From: a virus
Lineage: Duplodnaviria; Caudoviricetes
Virus record (IMG/VR): IMGVR_UViG_3300002092_000190
Location: 1 to 24,415 of that record
DNA length: 24,415 nucleotides
Reading direction: 5' to 3' (one strand)
In this document: in pieces, positions 18,135-24,415 of the stretch
Layout of the letters: each line of letters begins with the position of its first letter
How positions within the stretch are numbered: the stretch's first letter is position 1
Notes under the pieces: model-generated
The model's database searches: none
What the model saw: only the letters and a program-made list of their open reading frames with translations
What the model was told of the DNA's origin: nothing
Program-made: the position numbers and the translations under genes

Positions 18135-18553
18135 TTAATCAACCCATTTTGTTCTGCCCATTCTTGCCAGAGGTTTACTTGGAGGGTTGTGATAGAGCAT
18201 TGTTCAGCAAGTATTGGGTAGGCGGTTTCTGCATCAGTTCCTTTGGGGGCTGGGGAAATGCCGGACATTGTACGGCTACCGGGGACGAGCTGCATCCCAC
18301 CATAATAATTGCGCAGAGCAGCGAGCTTACCTTCATATTCATTTTTAATTCCTTCATTTACTAGGTTTTGTTGTTTTTGGATTGATTGGACTTTCTCTTC
18401 CTGCGTTTTGGCGATTGCTTCAACACTTGCCTTGTATTCCAAATATCGACTATTACCAACATGAAAGCCGCCATAGAAAACAGCGCAAAGAATAGCGCCA
18501 ATAGCGAAAGCTTTGATGTAAGAAAGGTACCCATTAATAAACCCCCACATCAT
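18131..18553 (-). CDS. Rz: Inner-membrane spanin (Rz-like), 140 aa
   Basis: Single N-terminal TM (AFAIGAILCAVFYGGF), then coiled coil and C-terminal Cys-containing helix; lies in the lysis cassette and contains an embedded lipoprotein ORF. Confidence 0.8.
   Translation of the reverse strand: MMWGFINGYLSYIKAFAIGAILCAVFYGGFHVGNSRYLEYKASVEAIAKTQEEKVQSIQKQQNLVNEGIKNEYEGKLAALRNYYGGMQLVPGSRTMSGISPAPKGTDAETAYPILAEQCSITTLQVNLWQEWAEQNGLIK
18175..18342 (-). CDS. Rz1: Outer-membrane lipoprotein spanin (Rz1-like), embedded out of frame in Rz
   Basis: AAGGA 7 nt before ATG at 18342; signal peptide MNMKVSSLLCAIIMVG-C (lipobox-like), then Pro-rich CPAFPQPPKELMQKPP. Confidence 0.85.
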   Translation of the reverse strand: MNMKVSSLLCAIIMVGCSSSPVAVQCPAFPQPPKELMQKPPTQYLLNNALSQPSK

Positions 18554-18777
18554 TCTCCCCCCGGTTCCGTTTTAGATTTCATCATTACAGATGCTCCACT
18601 AGCACCAGAAACAATACCCAAAGCTTCTGCTAACTCACGCAAGTTAATGTTATCTCGCACAACTTCATAACCAGCCAAAGCAATAACGGCAATAGTACCG
18701 AGAAGCCAAGTAACCCTACCAATGTCGTACGTCGCATTATCTTTACCTGTTAGAAGCTGTTTAAGTATTTCTCTCAT
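18550..18777 (-). CDS. Putative holin (75 aa)
   Basis: Hydrophobic segments (VTWLLGTIAVIALAGY; LAEALGIVSGASGASVMM), charged C-terminus, first gene of the lysis cassette. Confidence 0.65.
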   Translation of the reverse strand: MREILKQLLTGKDNATYDIGRVTWLLGTIAVIALAGYEVVRDNINLRELAEALGIVSGASGASVMMKSKTEPGGE

Positions 18778-18986
18778 TTTGCTTTTGTTTTGCGTGCAGT
18801 TTTAGCAACGACTGCCGGTTTTTTTTTAGCGGGGCGGGTAGTAGCTTTTTTTACCTGTGGTTTTTTCTTTTCTTGTGGCGCAGGGAAAGGCCAAGTATCT
18901 TGTAGCTTCAAATCTACCTTACCAACTTCAATTTCAATCTTTGGCATATAGCCAAGTTTGTCAAATAACCAAGTTATGATAAACAT
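18774..18986 (-). CDS. Small protein (70 aa) with Lys/Ala/Pro-rich basic tail
   Basis: GGAAA RBS-like site, ATGA coupling to the holin; tail KKKPQVKKATTRPAKKKPAVVAKTARKTKAK. Confidence 0.7.
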   Translation of the reverse strand: MFIITWLFDKLGYMPKIEIEVGKVDLKLQDTWPFPAPQEKKKPQVKKATTRPAKKKPAVVAKTARKTKAK

Positions 18987-18994
18987 AATTTTCC

Positions 18995-20113
18995 TTAAGT
19001 CTTGATGATAAAGTTGATACCGAGGTATGGAGGTAAGTTTGCGTTTGTTGCGCTTGTACCAGCAGTAGCTGTTGAGCCATTTACATTAAAGTTATGTGTA
19101 TGGCCCGGGTCTTGAATGTTTGCGTTTCCAACCCCTGTTGTTCCGCCAGTTTGCGCTTCAAATTGTTGATATGGGCCAGCTCCAGAAGCCCCAGAAATAT
19201 TGCTATTAGCATAAGAGTGGGTATGTCCAGAATCATAAACACCAGTTTGAGCACTGTTTGTCGAGCCATTAATATTTACTGAGTGGCTATGACTTACTAC
19301 GATTGCATCTGCACTACCGCCTGTTGCACCTACAGTTGTTCCGTATGGCATACGGTTTGTGTAGTTTGGCAGGTTAAATGTTGTAGAGCCATCACCAGCG
19401 CCAAAAGTCGTACCAATGATTGCAAAGAGCGCTGCATACGTTGTACGAGATACTGCAGTACCAGTACAGAGGAGGTATCCAGAAGGGGCTGTGCCAGTAG
19501 GCCACATTAACAAAGCACCAGTCAAAACCGCATTTTGGGTAACGAAAGCTGTTGTAGCTAGCTGAGTTGTGTTTGTACCAGCAGCTGCTGTTGGTCCTGA
19601 TGGGATACCTGTAAATGTGGCTGTACCAGTAACCGTTAAATTACCAGCAACATTAAAATTACCTACTGCAGTGTCGTTACCATAGAAGCTTGTACCATCA
19701 GACCAAATAGTTACTTTAGCGCCCGCAGGAATAACTGCACCTGAACCACCTGCTGTTGTGTTGCCGATAACTGTTGAGTTATAGAATGTGGCTGTATAGC
19801 TAGTGTTATTCCAAACTACATAGGTTTTACTTACAGGTGGGGCAAAGATGTTAAAGTTAGCGCCTAGAGTGCCTGCATTTAGTTTAAGGATTCCATATAC
19901 AGACTGGTCAAGGGCTGCTGAAGCAGATGGACCGTTAACATAGGTAAGTACTTGATTGTTTGAGGTGGGGGAAACGGTGACGGCAACATAACCAGCAATA
20001 GCTGATTCAAAAATGTATTGGAAGTTTGAGTTTGTAGTTGACCCCCAAGTACCAGCTTGGTCTCCAGCGCCGATAAGTTCGGACCGTAATATGGGTGAGT
20101 AAGTGCTTGACAT
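18995..20113 (-). CDS. Tail fibre protein with phage tail-collar domain (372 aa)
   Basis: MSSTYS..LR.EL...GDQAGTWG.TTN.N N-terminus; FTGIPSGPTAAAGTNTTQLATTAFV; collar GALLMWPTGTAPSGYLLCTG.AVSRTTYAALFAIIGTTFGAGDGSTTFNLP; HSH/HTH motifs; NLPPYLGINFIIKT end. Confidence 0.9.
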   Translation of the reverse strand: MSSTYSPILRSELIGAGDQAGTWGSTTNSNFQYIFESAIAGYVAVTVSPTSNNQVLTYVNGPSASAALDQSVYGILKLNAGTLGANFNIFAPPVSKTYVVWNNTSYTATFYNSTVIGNTTAGGSGAVIPAGAKVTIWSDGTSFYGNDTAVGNFNVAGNLTVTGTATFTGIPSGPTAAAGTNTTQLATTAFVTQNAVLTGALLMWPTGTAPSGYLLCTGTAVSRTTYAALFAIIGTTFGAGDGSTTFNLPNYTNRMPYGTTVGATGGSADAIVVSHSHSVNINGSTNSAQTGVYDSGHTHSYANSNISGASGAGPYQQFEAQTGGTTGVGNANIQDPGHTHNFNVNGSTATAGTSATNANLPPYLGINFIIKT

Positions 20114-20136
20114 AGTTTACCTTCTATCTTTATCTC

Positions 20137-21099
20137 TTAAAACTGCGTATTATCAATCTGTTGCCAGTTAGGGTTCTGAGTATCCCCGACGTTAGTCCAA
20201 GTAGTAGACTGCCCATTAGACACCGCATTCCAAGTTACAGTCTGGTCATCATGGATTTTAAACCATCCACGCCCAATTGTGGAATCTAATAAAGTCAAAA
20301 GCTCTGCAATTACTGGGGCAAAGTCTGCCTGAGCTGTTTGGGCATCAAATAAAGTAAACCCTTCAGCAACCATGACTGCCCAGCCAATAGTAGCGTTTTC
20401 AGACTCGGTTAGGGTTAAGCTTTCTGCACGGGCGACAGGCCAGTCTACCGCACCTGCTTGGGTAGTTGTAGTTGTGTAGGTTTCGGGGACAGTACCTTTA
20501 AAGTCGCTATTTGCTGATAATTGGTCAGTAGTTGTATAGGTTTCAGGTACAGTGCCTTTAAAATCAACGGTAGAAGTTTGGGTATCAGTTAAAGTCAACA
20601 ACTCAGCAATAGCCCTAGCCCCACTCCAGTTTCCACGTGCTTGGGCATCTAAAGAATAGTTCTCAGCGTTAGTTAAGTAAAAGTCAAATGTACTAGGCTC
20701 TTCATCTGAGAAAGCAATAGAGTCGGCAAAGAACCCGCCAAAGGTTGCTGGGCCAGCAAAGGTAGTAGTTAGGGTGTAGGACTCTGGGACAGTGATGTTA
20801 AATGAAGCGGGTCCTGTAAATGTGTCGCTTAGGGTGTAGTTTTCAGCTTGGCTTGCGCTTGTATTCCATGCGCCTTGTTGGCTATCAGTTAAGGTATAAG
20901 ATTCGGGCACAGAACCCACAAAAGCTACAGGGCCAGTATAAACATCACTTAAGGTATAGGACTCAGCTAAAGCCCCGCTAAATAATGCAGAAGCTGCATA
21001 TACATCAGAAAAGGTTACAGTTTCGCTAACCGATACAGGATAGGCATTACCCCCTAAAGAAGCATAGGGTGATTGAGCGTAAGCAAAGATTCCAAACAT
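20137..21099 (-). CDS. Virion structural protein with 20-aa tandem repeats (320 aa)
   Basis: MFG...AQSPYASLG start, 13 repeats of [AP]E.YTL[ST]D, C-terminal Trp repeats (VTWNAV/TTWTNV/PNWQQI). Confidence 0.7.
   Translation of the reverse strand: MFGIFAYAQSPYASLGGNAYPVSVSETVTFSDVYAASALFSGALAESYTLSDVYTGPVAFVGSVPESYTLTDSQQGAWNTSASQAENYTLSDTFTGPASFNITVPESYTLTTTFAGPATFGGFFADSIAFSDEEPSTFDFYLTNAENYSLDAQARGNWSGARAIAELLTLTDTQTSTVDFKGTVPETYTTTDQLSANSDFKGTVPETYTTTTTQAGAVDWPVARAESLTLTESENATIGWAVMVAEGFTLFDAQTAQADFAPVIAELLTLLDSTIGRGWFKIHDDQTVTWNAVSNGQSTTWTNVGDTQNPNWQQIDNTQF
20281..21030 (-). repeat. Degenerate 60-bp / 20-aa coding tandem repeat, ~13 units
   Basis: The Glu/Asp anchor recurs every 20 residues; lines 20461 and 20521 are near-identical (DFKGTVPETYTTT twice). 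Confidence 0.85.
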
Positions 21100-21332
21100 T
21101 AGCCTACTAAAGCCTTAACTTCATCTTCAGTTAAACCAAGTGCGGCTAGTTTAGCTAGTGCAGAAGCCTTTGTATCTATAGCAGCTTGTGCATTAGCTTC
21201 AGCTTGTGCGGTTACCGATTGTAAGTCGTAAGCCACTTCATTGCCGTTTGCATCGTAAGCAATATCGCCACGAATAATTGTTACTTGTGGATAAAGTTTC
21301 AGCAATGCTTGTGTTTGTTGTATGTTTATCAT
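21099..21332 (-). CDS. Small tail-fibre-associated/chaperone-like protein (77 aa)
   Basis: Follows a fibre module with ATGA overlap; AYDANGNEVAYD and KASALAKLAALGLTEDEVKAL motifs. Confidence 0.65.
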   Translation of the reverse strand: MINIQQTQALLKLYPQVTIIRGDIAYDANGNEVAYDLQSVTAQAEANAQAAIDTKASALAKLAALGLTEDEVKALVG

Positions 21333-21808
21333 GCCGCAATTTCCAATAAAGTAATTGATGAAATATCACCATTTGCCTGACAAGTTGCACTTCCTGAACT
21401 ACCTGCTCTTGCATATTGCACTTTATAAGTTGTAGCAGAAGTTGTAGCAGGAGAATCTAAATAATTTCCAGCCGCACTTATAATTAATGCACCACCAGCA
21501 CTAGTAAGAGCAGTATATGCACAATATTGATTAATATTTGTAGAATTTCTAACAATAGCTAAAGCTACTCCAATACTATTTACTCCGTTGTTATATACGC
21601 CATTCATTGTTGTTAAAACAAGAATTTTGCTTGTAGCAAATTTAGGTGTAATTGTTGCATTTACGCCTGTATCTGCCAAAGTTGTAGTTGCATTTGTTAC
21701 TGAAGTTGCATAAGTCCCCTGAACCACTTGCAACACAACGCTAGAGCTTGCTTGCGTAGAACTATTAGGGTAAGTAACCCCTGCTGAACCATCTAAAATT
21801 AAGCTCAT
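21329..21808 (-). CDS. Short tail-fibre/receptor-binding-like module (159 aa)
   Basis: GAGGTG RBS; VLQVVQ...DTG..ATITPKFATSKILV...YLDSPATTSATTYKVQ...SSITLLEIAA pattern. Confidence 0.7.
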   Translation of the reverse strand: MSLILDGSAGVTYPNSSTQASSSVVLQVVQGTYATSVTNATTTLADTGVNATITPKFATSKILVLTTMNGVYNNGVNSIGVALAIVRNSTNINQYCAYTALTSAGGALIISAAGNYLDSPATTSATTYKVQYARAGSSGSATCQANGDISSITLLEIAA

Positions 21809-22446
21809 TCTGTCACCTCATCTGCTGGAGTTGGTGTATTGCCTTGCGCTATAGGTTTCATAGCTTTTTCCATAGACCAGCCTCTAGCCAATCTACCTTT
21901 AAGTGTTGTTGGTTTCATATTTAATTCTCTTTCCCATTGTGAACGAGTTTGACGCTTGCCGTTCCATTCGATAAACACATTAGCCCTAGTGTTGTTGGCT
22001 TGCTGTTCTTTTGTAGCCCAACGACAGTTTTCTTTATTGTAATTGCCGTTTACATCAATTCTATCAATACTCATGCCTTCAGGAACTTCGCCCATATCAA
22101 GGTAAAAATTCTCAAAAGAATCCCAACGCTCATCATAGGTAATACCTCTGCAAGAGTAATCTTGGTTAATGCGGTTACAACGCAATCTCATAGCTTGCCA
22201 AATACTGTATGTTCTAGTGTTGGTCATACCATGCGTTGTGCTTGCTTTGGCAATACGCTTAATGTGTTCGCATCCACAAGATTTAATTTTTCCCTGAACC
22301 ATGTCAGAAGCACGAATTTCTTTTTGAGTTCCGCACTTGCATTGGCATAGCCATACCGCACCATTGCCATGCGACTTCTCTAACTGCAATACAGTCAAAG
22401 AGCCAAAATGAAAGCCTTGAAGGTTATTAAGCGGCTTGCTCATCAT
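21805..22446 (-). CDS. HNH-type homing endonuclease (213 aa), free-standing
   Basis: FGSLTVL..WLCQCKCG..KSCGC Zn-binding region; HG...TYSIWQAMRLRC; RGI...RWDSFENFYLDMG...SIDRIDVNGNYNKENCRWAT..QANN nuclease motif; C-terminal HTH-like QWERELNMKPTTLKGRL.RGWS. Confidence 0.88.
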   Translation of the reverse strand: MMSKPLNNLQGFHFGSLTVLQLEKSHGNGAVWLCQCKCGTQKEIRASDMVQGKIKSCGCEHIKRIAKASTTHGMTNTRTYSIWQAMRLRCNRINQDYSCRGITYDERWDSFENFYLDMGEVPEGMSIDRIDVNGNYNKENCRWATKEQQANNTRANVFIEWNGKRQTRSQWERELNMKPTTLKGRLARGWSMEKAMKPIAQGNTPTPADEVTE

Positions 22447-22600
22447 CGGCTGGCAGAACTACGCCACCTTCTTCAATGAACTTCAAATAGGCTTGGTAGT
22501 CTGTGTTGTCAGGGTCTTGAAAAAATGAAGTATAAGTTTTATTACCATTATCACGAATAACAACCGTTTGACCTAAAGAAGTAGTGACTAATCTATACAT
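22427..22600 (-). CDS. Small tail-fibre chaperone-like protein (57 aa)
   Basis: GGAG 7 nt before ATG at 22600 (the true start, not 22711); DPDNTDYQAYLKF..EG...LPAD motif typical of small proteins that follow fibre genes. Confidence 0.75.
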   Translation of the reverse strand: MYRLVTTSLGQTVVIRDNGNKTYTSFFQDPDNTDYQAYLKFIEEGGVVLPADDEQAA

Positions 22601-22601
22601 T

Positions 22602-23705
22602 TTATAACTCCGCAGTCCAAATAATATAAGCTGGTGTTGAGCCATTAGATAAAAATCTTCCGCCAAATCCAGCAGTGCCGCCAGACCCCCCAGTAATATT
22701 AAGATTACCATTATCTTTACTTACTTGGTCAAGAGCGACCGTTGTGTAACCACTCCCAACTGGGTAAAAAAATGTGTTTGCGGCTGTAAATGTTACGCTG
22801 GGATATGCTCTCATTGTTACTGGAAAAGTTACATTAGCAAATAATTGTCCTGCACCTACCCCAAAACCAGTGCCAAAAGAATAATACGCTGTTGGAGAAC
22901 CAGCAGCTGCTGTGTTTTGCCCAAAACAATACCTCTGACATAAAGCTAACTCTTGTCCATACTGACGATACTCAAAACCAGTAGCAGAACTACCTACTTC
23001 TAATTGCACGCCAGTAATGTAGAAAGTTGCTCCGTTTGTGCCTACTACGGATGTTGCGCCTGTGGCTGAAAGATATAAACCTGAGTACCAAGAACCAGCA
23101 GTATTGCTTAATGTTGAACCCATGCCAATAGAAAAATCAATGCTTAAACCACGACCATTATTTGTAAGCCATGTACCACTTGTATCGCCAGCAATAGTTA
23201 CGCTAATTTGTGTCCATGTATTTGCTACTGGAATTGAATAAGAAAACGGATAACTTCTATTTAATGCAGAATTGTAAATAGAACCGCCAAAAGTACCAGT
23301 AAGGCTTGATTGCACCCATGCTGATAAAGTTACTGTTTTTGCATTTGCTGTTCCCCAGTTTAAATCTGCGACATTGTAACCTTCAACATATTGAATAATT
23401 CCAAATGCTTCAGCAGAGCCTACTGTATATGTAGATAAAGAAGTAACTTTTAAACTGTTTGCAAAACCAGCAGGTGCTGTTGTTACTTGTTGTACGCTGT
23501 ATTTAGAAGCTACTGAGTTTTGAGCCGACCATCTATCAAGGGTATATTGTCCATCTGCTGTAGGAGTAACACTAGCACCAGCATTTCTTTGGTCAATAAC
23601 GCATGCTCCATTTATAATGCGGTTACGGAATACCGAACTAATTGGGGCTAATCTGCCACCGCTTGAATCTGAAACTATGTCTGTATTAACAGTCCCATAA
23701 GCCAT
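22602..23705 (-). CDS. Tail-fibre/receptor-binding module with carbohydrate-binding-like domain (367 aa)
   Basis: AAGGAG RBS before ATG at 23705; FRNRIING...DQRN..TLDRW, KTVTLS.WV, ITGVQLEVGS.AT.FEYR.YG.ELALCQRY, FPVTMRA.P, terminal AEL. Confidence 0.8.
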   Translation of the reverse strand: MAYGTVNTDIVSDSSGGRLAPISSVFRNRIINGACVIDQRNAGASVTPTADGQYTLDRWSAQNSVASKYSVQQVTTAPAGFANSLKVTSLSTYTVGSAEAFGIIQYVEGYNVADLNWGTANAKTVTLSAWVQSSLTGTFGGSIYNSALNRSYPFSYSIPVANTWTQISVTIAGDTSGTWLTNNGRGLSIDFSIGMGSTLSNTAGSWYSGLYLSATGATSVVGTNGATFYITGVQLEVGSSATGFEYRQYGQELALCQRYCFGQNTAAAGSPTAYYSFGTGFGVGAGQLFANVTFPVTMRAYPSVTFTAANTFFYPVGSGYTTVALDQVSKDNGNLNITGGSGGTAGFGGRFLSNGSTPAYIIWTAEL

Positions 23706-23707
23706 CG

Positions 23708-24415
23708 TTATTGCTCCTTGCGTTGTTTGTGCCAAGCTGTAACGGCTTCGCTAATCTTTTGTTTATCTGCATCAGTATAAATTCTCTTTGCTCTAGCGGC
23801 ACGCATTTTAGCTTTAGTTTTTTCTGACGCTTTTTTACCAGCATTAGGATGAACCGCAAAAGAAGCCGCTCTAGCTTTTTGACTAGCCGACATTTTGGCT
23901 TTAGTTTCTTCACTTGGAAATTTACCCAAAGAAAACTTGTTGCCTTTCATGGCTTCAGATAGCTTACGCTTGCCTTCTTCAGGATAAGCCTTGCCCTTCA
24001 TGCCTGACTTGCTACCAAGCGGTCTATGATGTGGTTTACCAATACGAGATTCGCTAAATGCTTGTTTGCGTTCTTCTGACCATTTAATGCCGTAATTTGG
24101 ATTGTTTTCACCACTCATTCTTGCACTAATTTCAGGTCTTTTAGTGCCTTTTTGCGGATGCGGTCTGCCAAACATAGGATGCTTGTCACCGCCTTGAGCA
24201 CCTGTTTCAGCGTTTTCTTCAACAAGGTTAGCCCATTCTTTAGATGACACAATATTATGCGTTCTAGAGAACTCTAAAGCGGCTTCTACGCAACGCTGGC
24301 GGTCATAGTAAACACCCATAATGCCTGTGCTTACATCGTTGCCATGCTTCTTTAAATGCCGTTTCCAAACAGTTCCGCTACCCTTGTACCAATGAACCTT
24401 GTTCAAGTGTATTGT
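23708..24415 (-). CDS. GIY-YIG-like homing endonuclease with NUMOD3 repeats; 5'-truncated by the window
   Basis: Frame is open to the window edge (TIHLNKVHWYKGSG..WKRHLKKHG...E..A...S...WANL..E.); several NUMOD3-like units (NPNYGIKWSEERK, GKAYPEEGKRKLSEA, GKFPSEETKAKMS, GKKASEKTKAKM). Confidence 0.82.
   Translation of the reverse strand, partial: TIHLNKVHWYKGSGTVWKRHLKKHGNDVSTGIMGVYYDRQRCVEAALEFSRTHNIVSSKEWANLVEENAETGAQGGDKHPMFGRPHPQKGTKRPEISARMSGENNPNYGIKWSEERKQAFSESRIGKPHHRPLGSKSGMKGKAYPEEGKRKLSEAMKGNKFSLGKFPSEETKAKMSASQKARAASFAVHPNAGKKASEKTKAKMRAARAKRIYTDADKQKISEAVTAWHKQRKEQ

Noticed and set aside
18819-18870. A9 and other A runs (- strand) as programmed frameshift or phase-variation sites
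   Set aside because: Explained by consecutive Lys codons; no evident extended alternative product was identified.
20281-21030. CRISPR array or DGR template/variable repeat
   Set aside because: The repeats are degenerate, in-frame and coding, with no spacers, no adenine-specific mismatch pattern and no reverse transcriptase in the window.
21949-22350. 133-aa + strand ORF opposite the HNH gene
   Set aside because: Antisense to a well-supported gene, with no recognisable motif or RBS.
21805-22600. Group I intron or intein housing the HNH gene
   Set aside because: The ORFs overlap at both ends, leaving no non-coding room for a ribozyme core; no intein terminal motifs; the nuclease starts in a different frame from the chaperone.
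22601-22711. N-terminal extension of the 94-aa ORF (MVILILLGG...)
   Set aside because: It overlaps the fibre gene out of frame; a good RBS and ATG at 22600 give the real start.

Overview
A 24.4 kb segment of a tailed dsDNA phage genome. It is podovirus-like and resembles uncultured aquatic phages of Gram-negative hosts; that placement is inferred from gene content, not from a search. The + strand carries the end of the replication module: a 5'-truncated primase/DUF927 helicase, a 64-aa ORF and an intrinsic terminator. Converging on it, the - strand carries a tightly coupled late operon. In transcription order it encodes: GIY-YIG/NUMOD3 homing endonuclease (truncated), tail-fibre module + chaperone, HNH-type homing endonuclease, second fibre module + chaperone, 20-aa-repeat structural protein, tail-collar fibre, basic 70-aa protein, holin, Rz with embedded Rz1, lambda-R-like endolysin, tail tube/stabilisation protein, 92-aa protein, and a putative ejection-protein block ending in a ~2480-aa polyvalent protein (zincin-like motif + LPD38-like C-terminus). 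The most notable signals are: (1) two paralogous cupins and an Asp/Asn-hydroxylase-like oxygenase interleaved with Gly-rich ejection-protein genes, a possible virion-protein modification/maturation system; (2) an intron-less HNH endonuclease that appears to have split a fibre chaperone gene, leaving a duplicated C-terminus fused to the nuclease; (3) three beta-clamp-binding-like QxD/SLF motifs in the giant protein; (4) recurring [YFLM]-x-x-GG motifs plus a tape-measure-type GPG..SD.IPA..GEFV domain. All family assignments are by motif recognition only.
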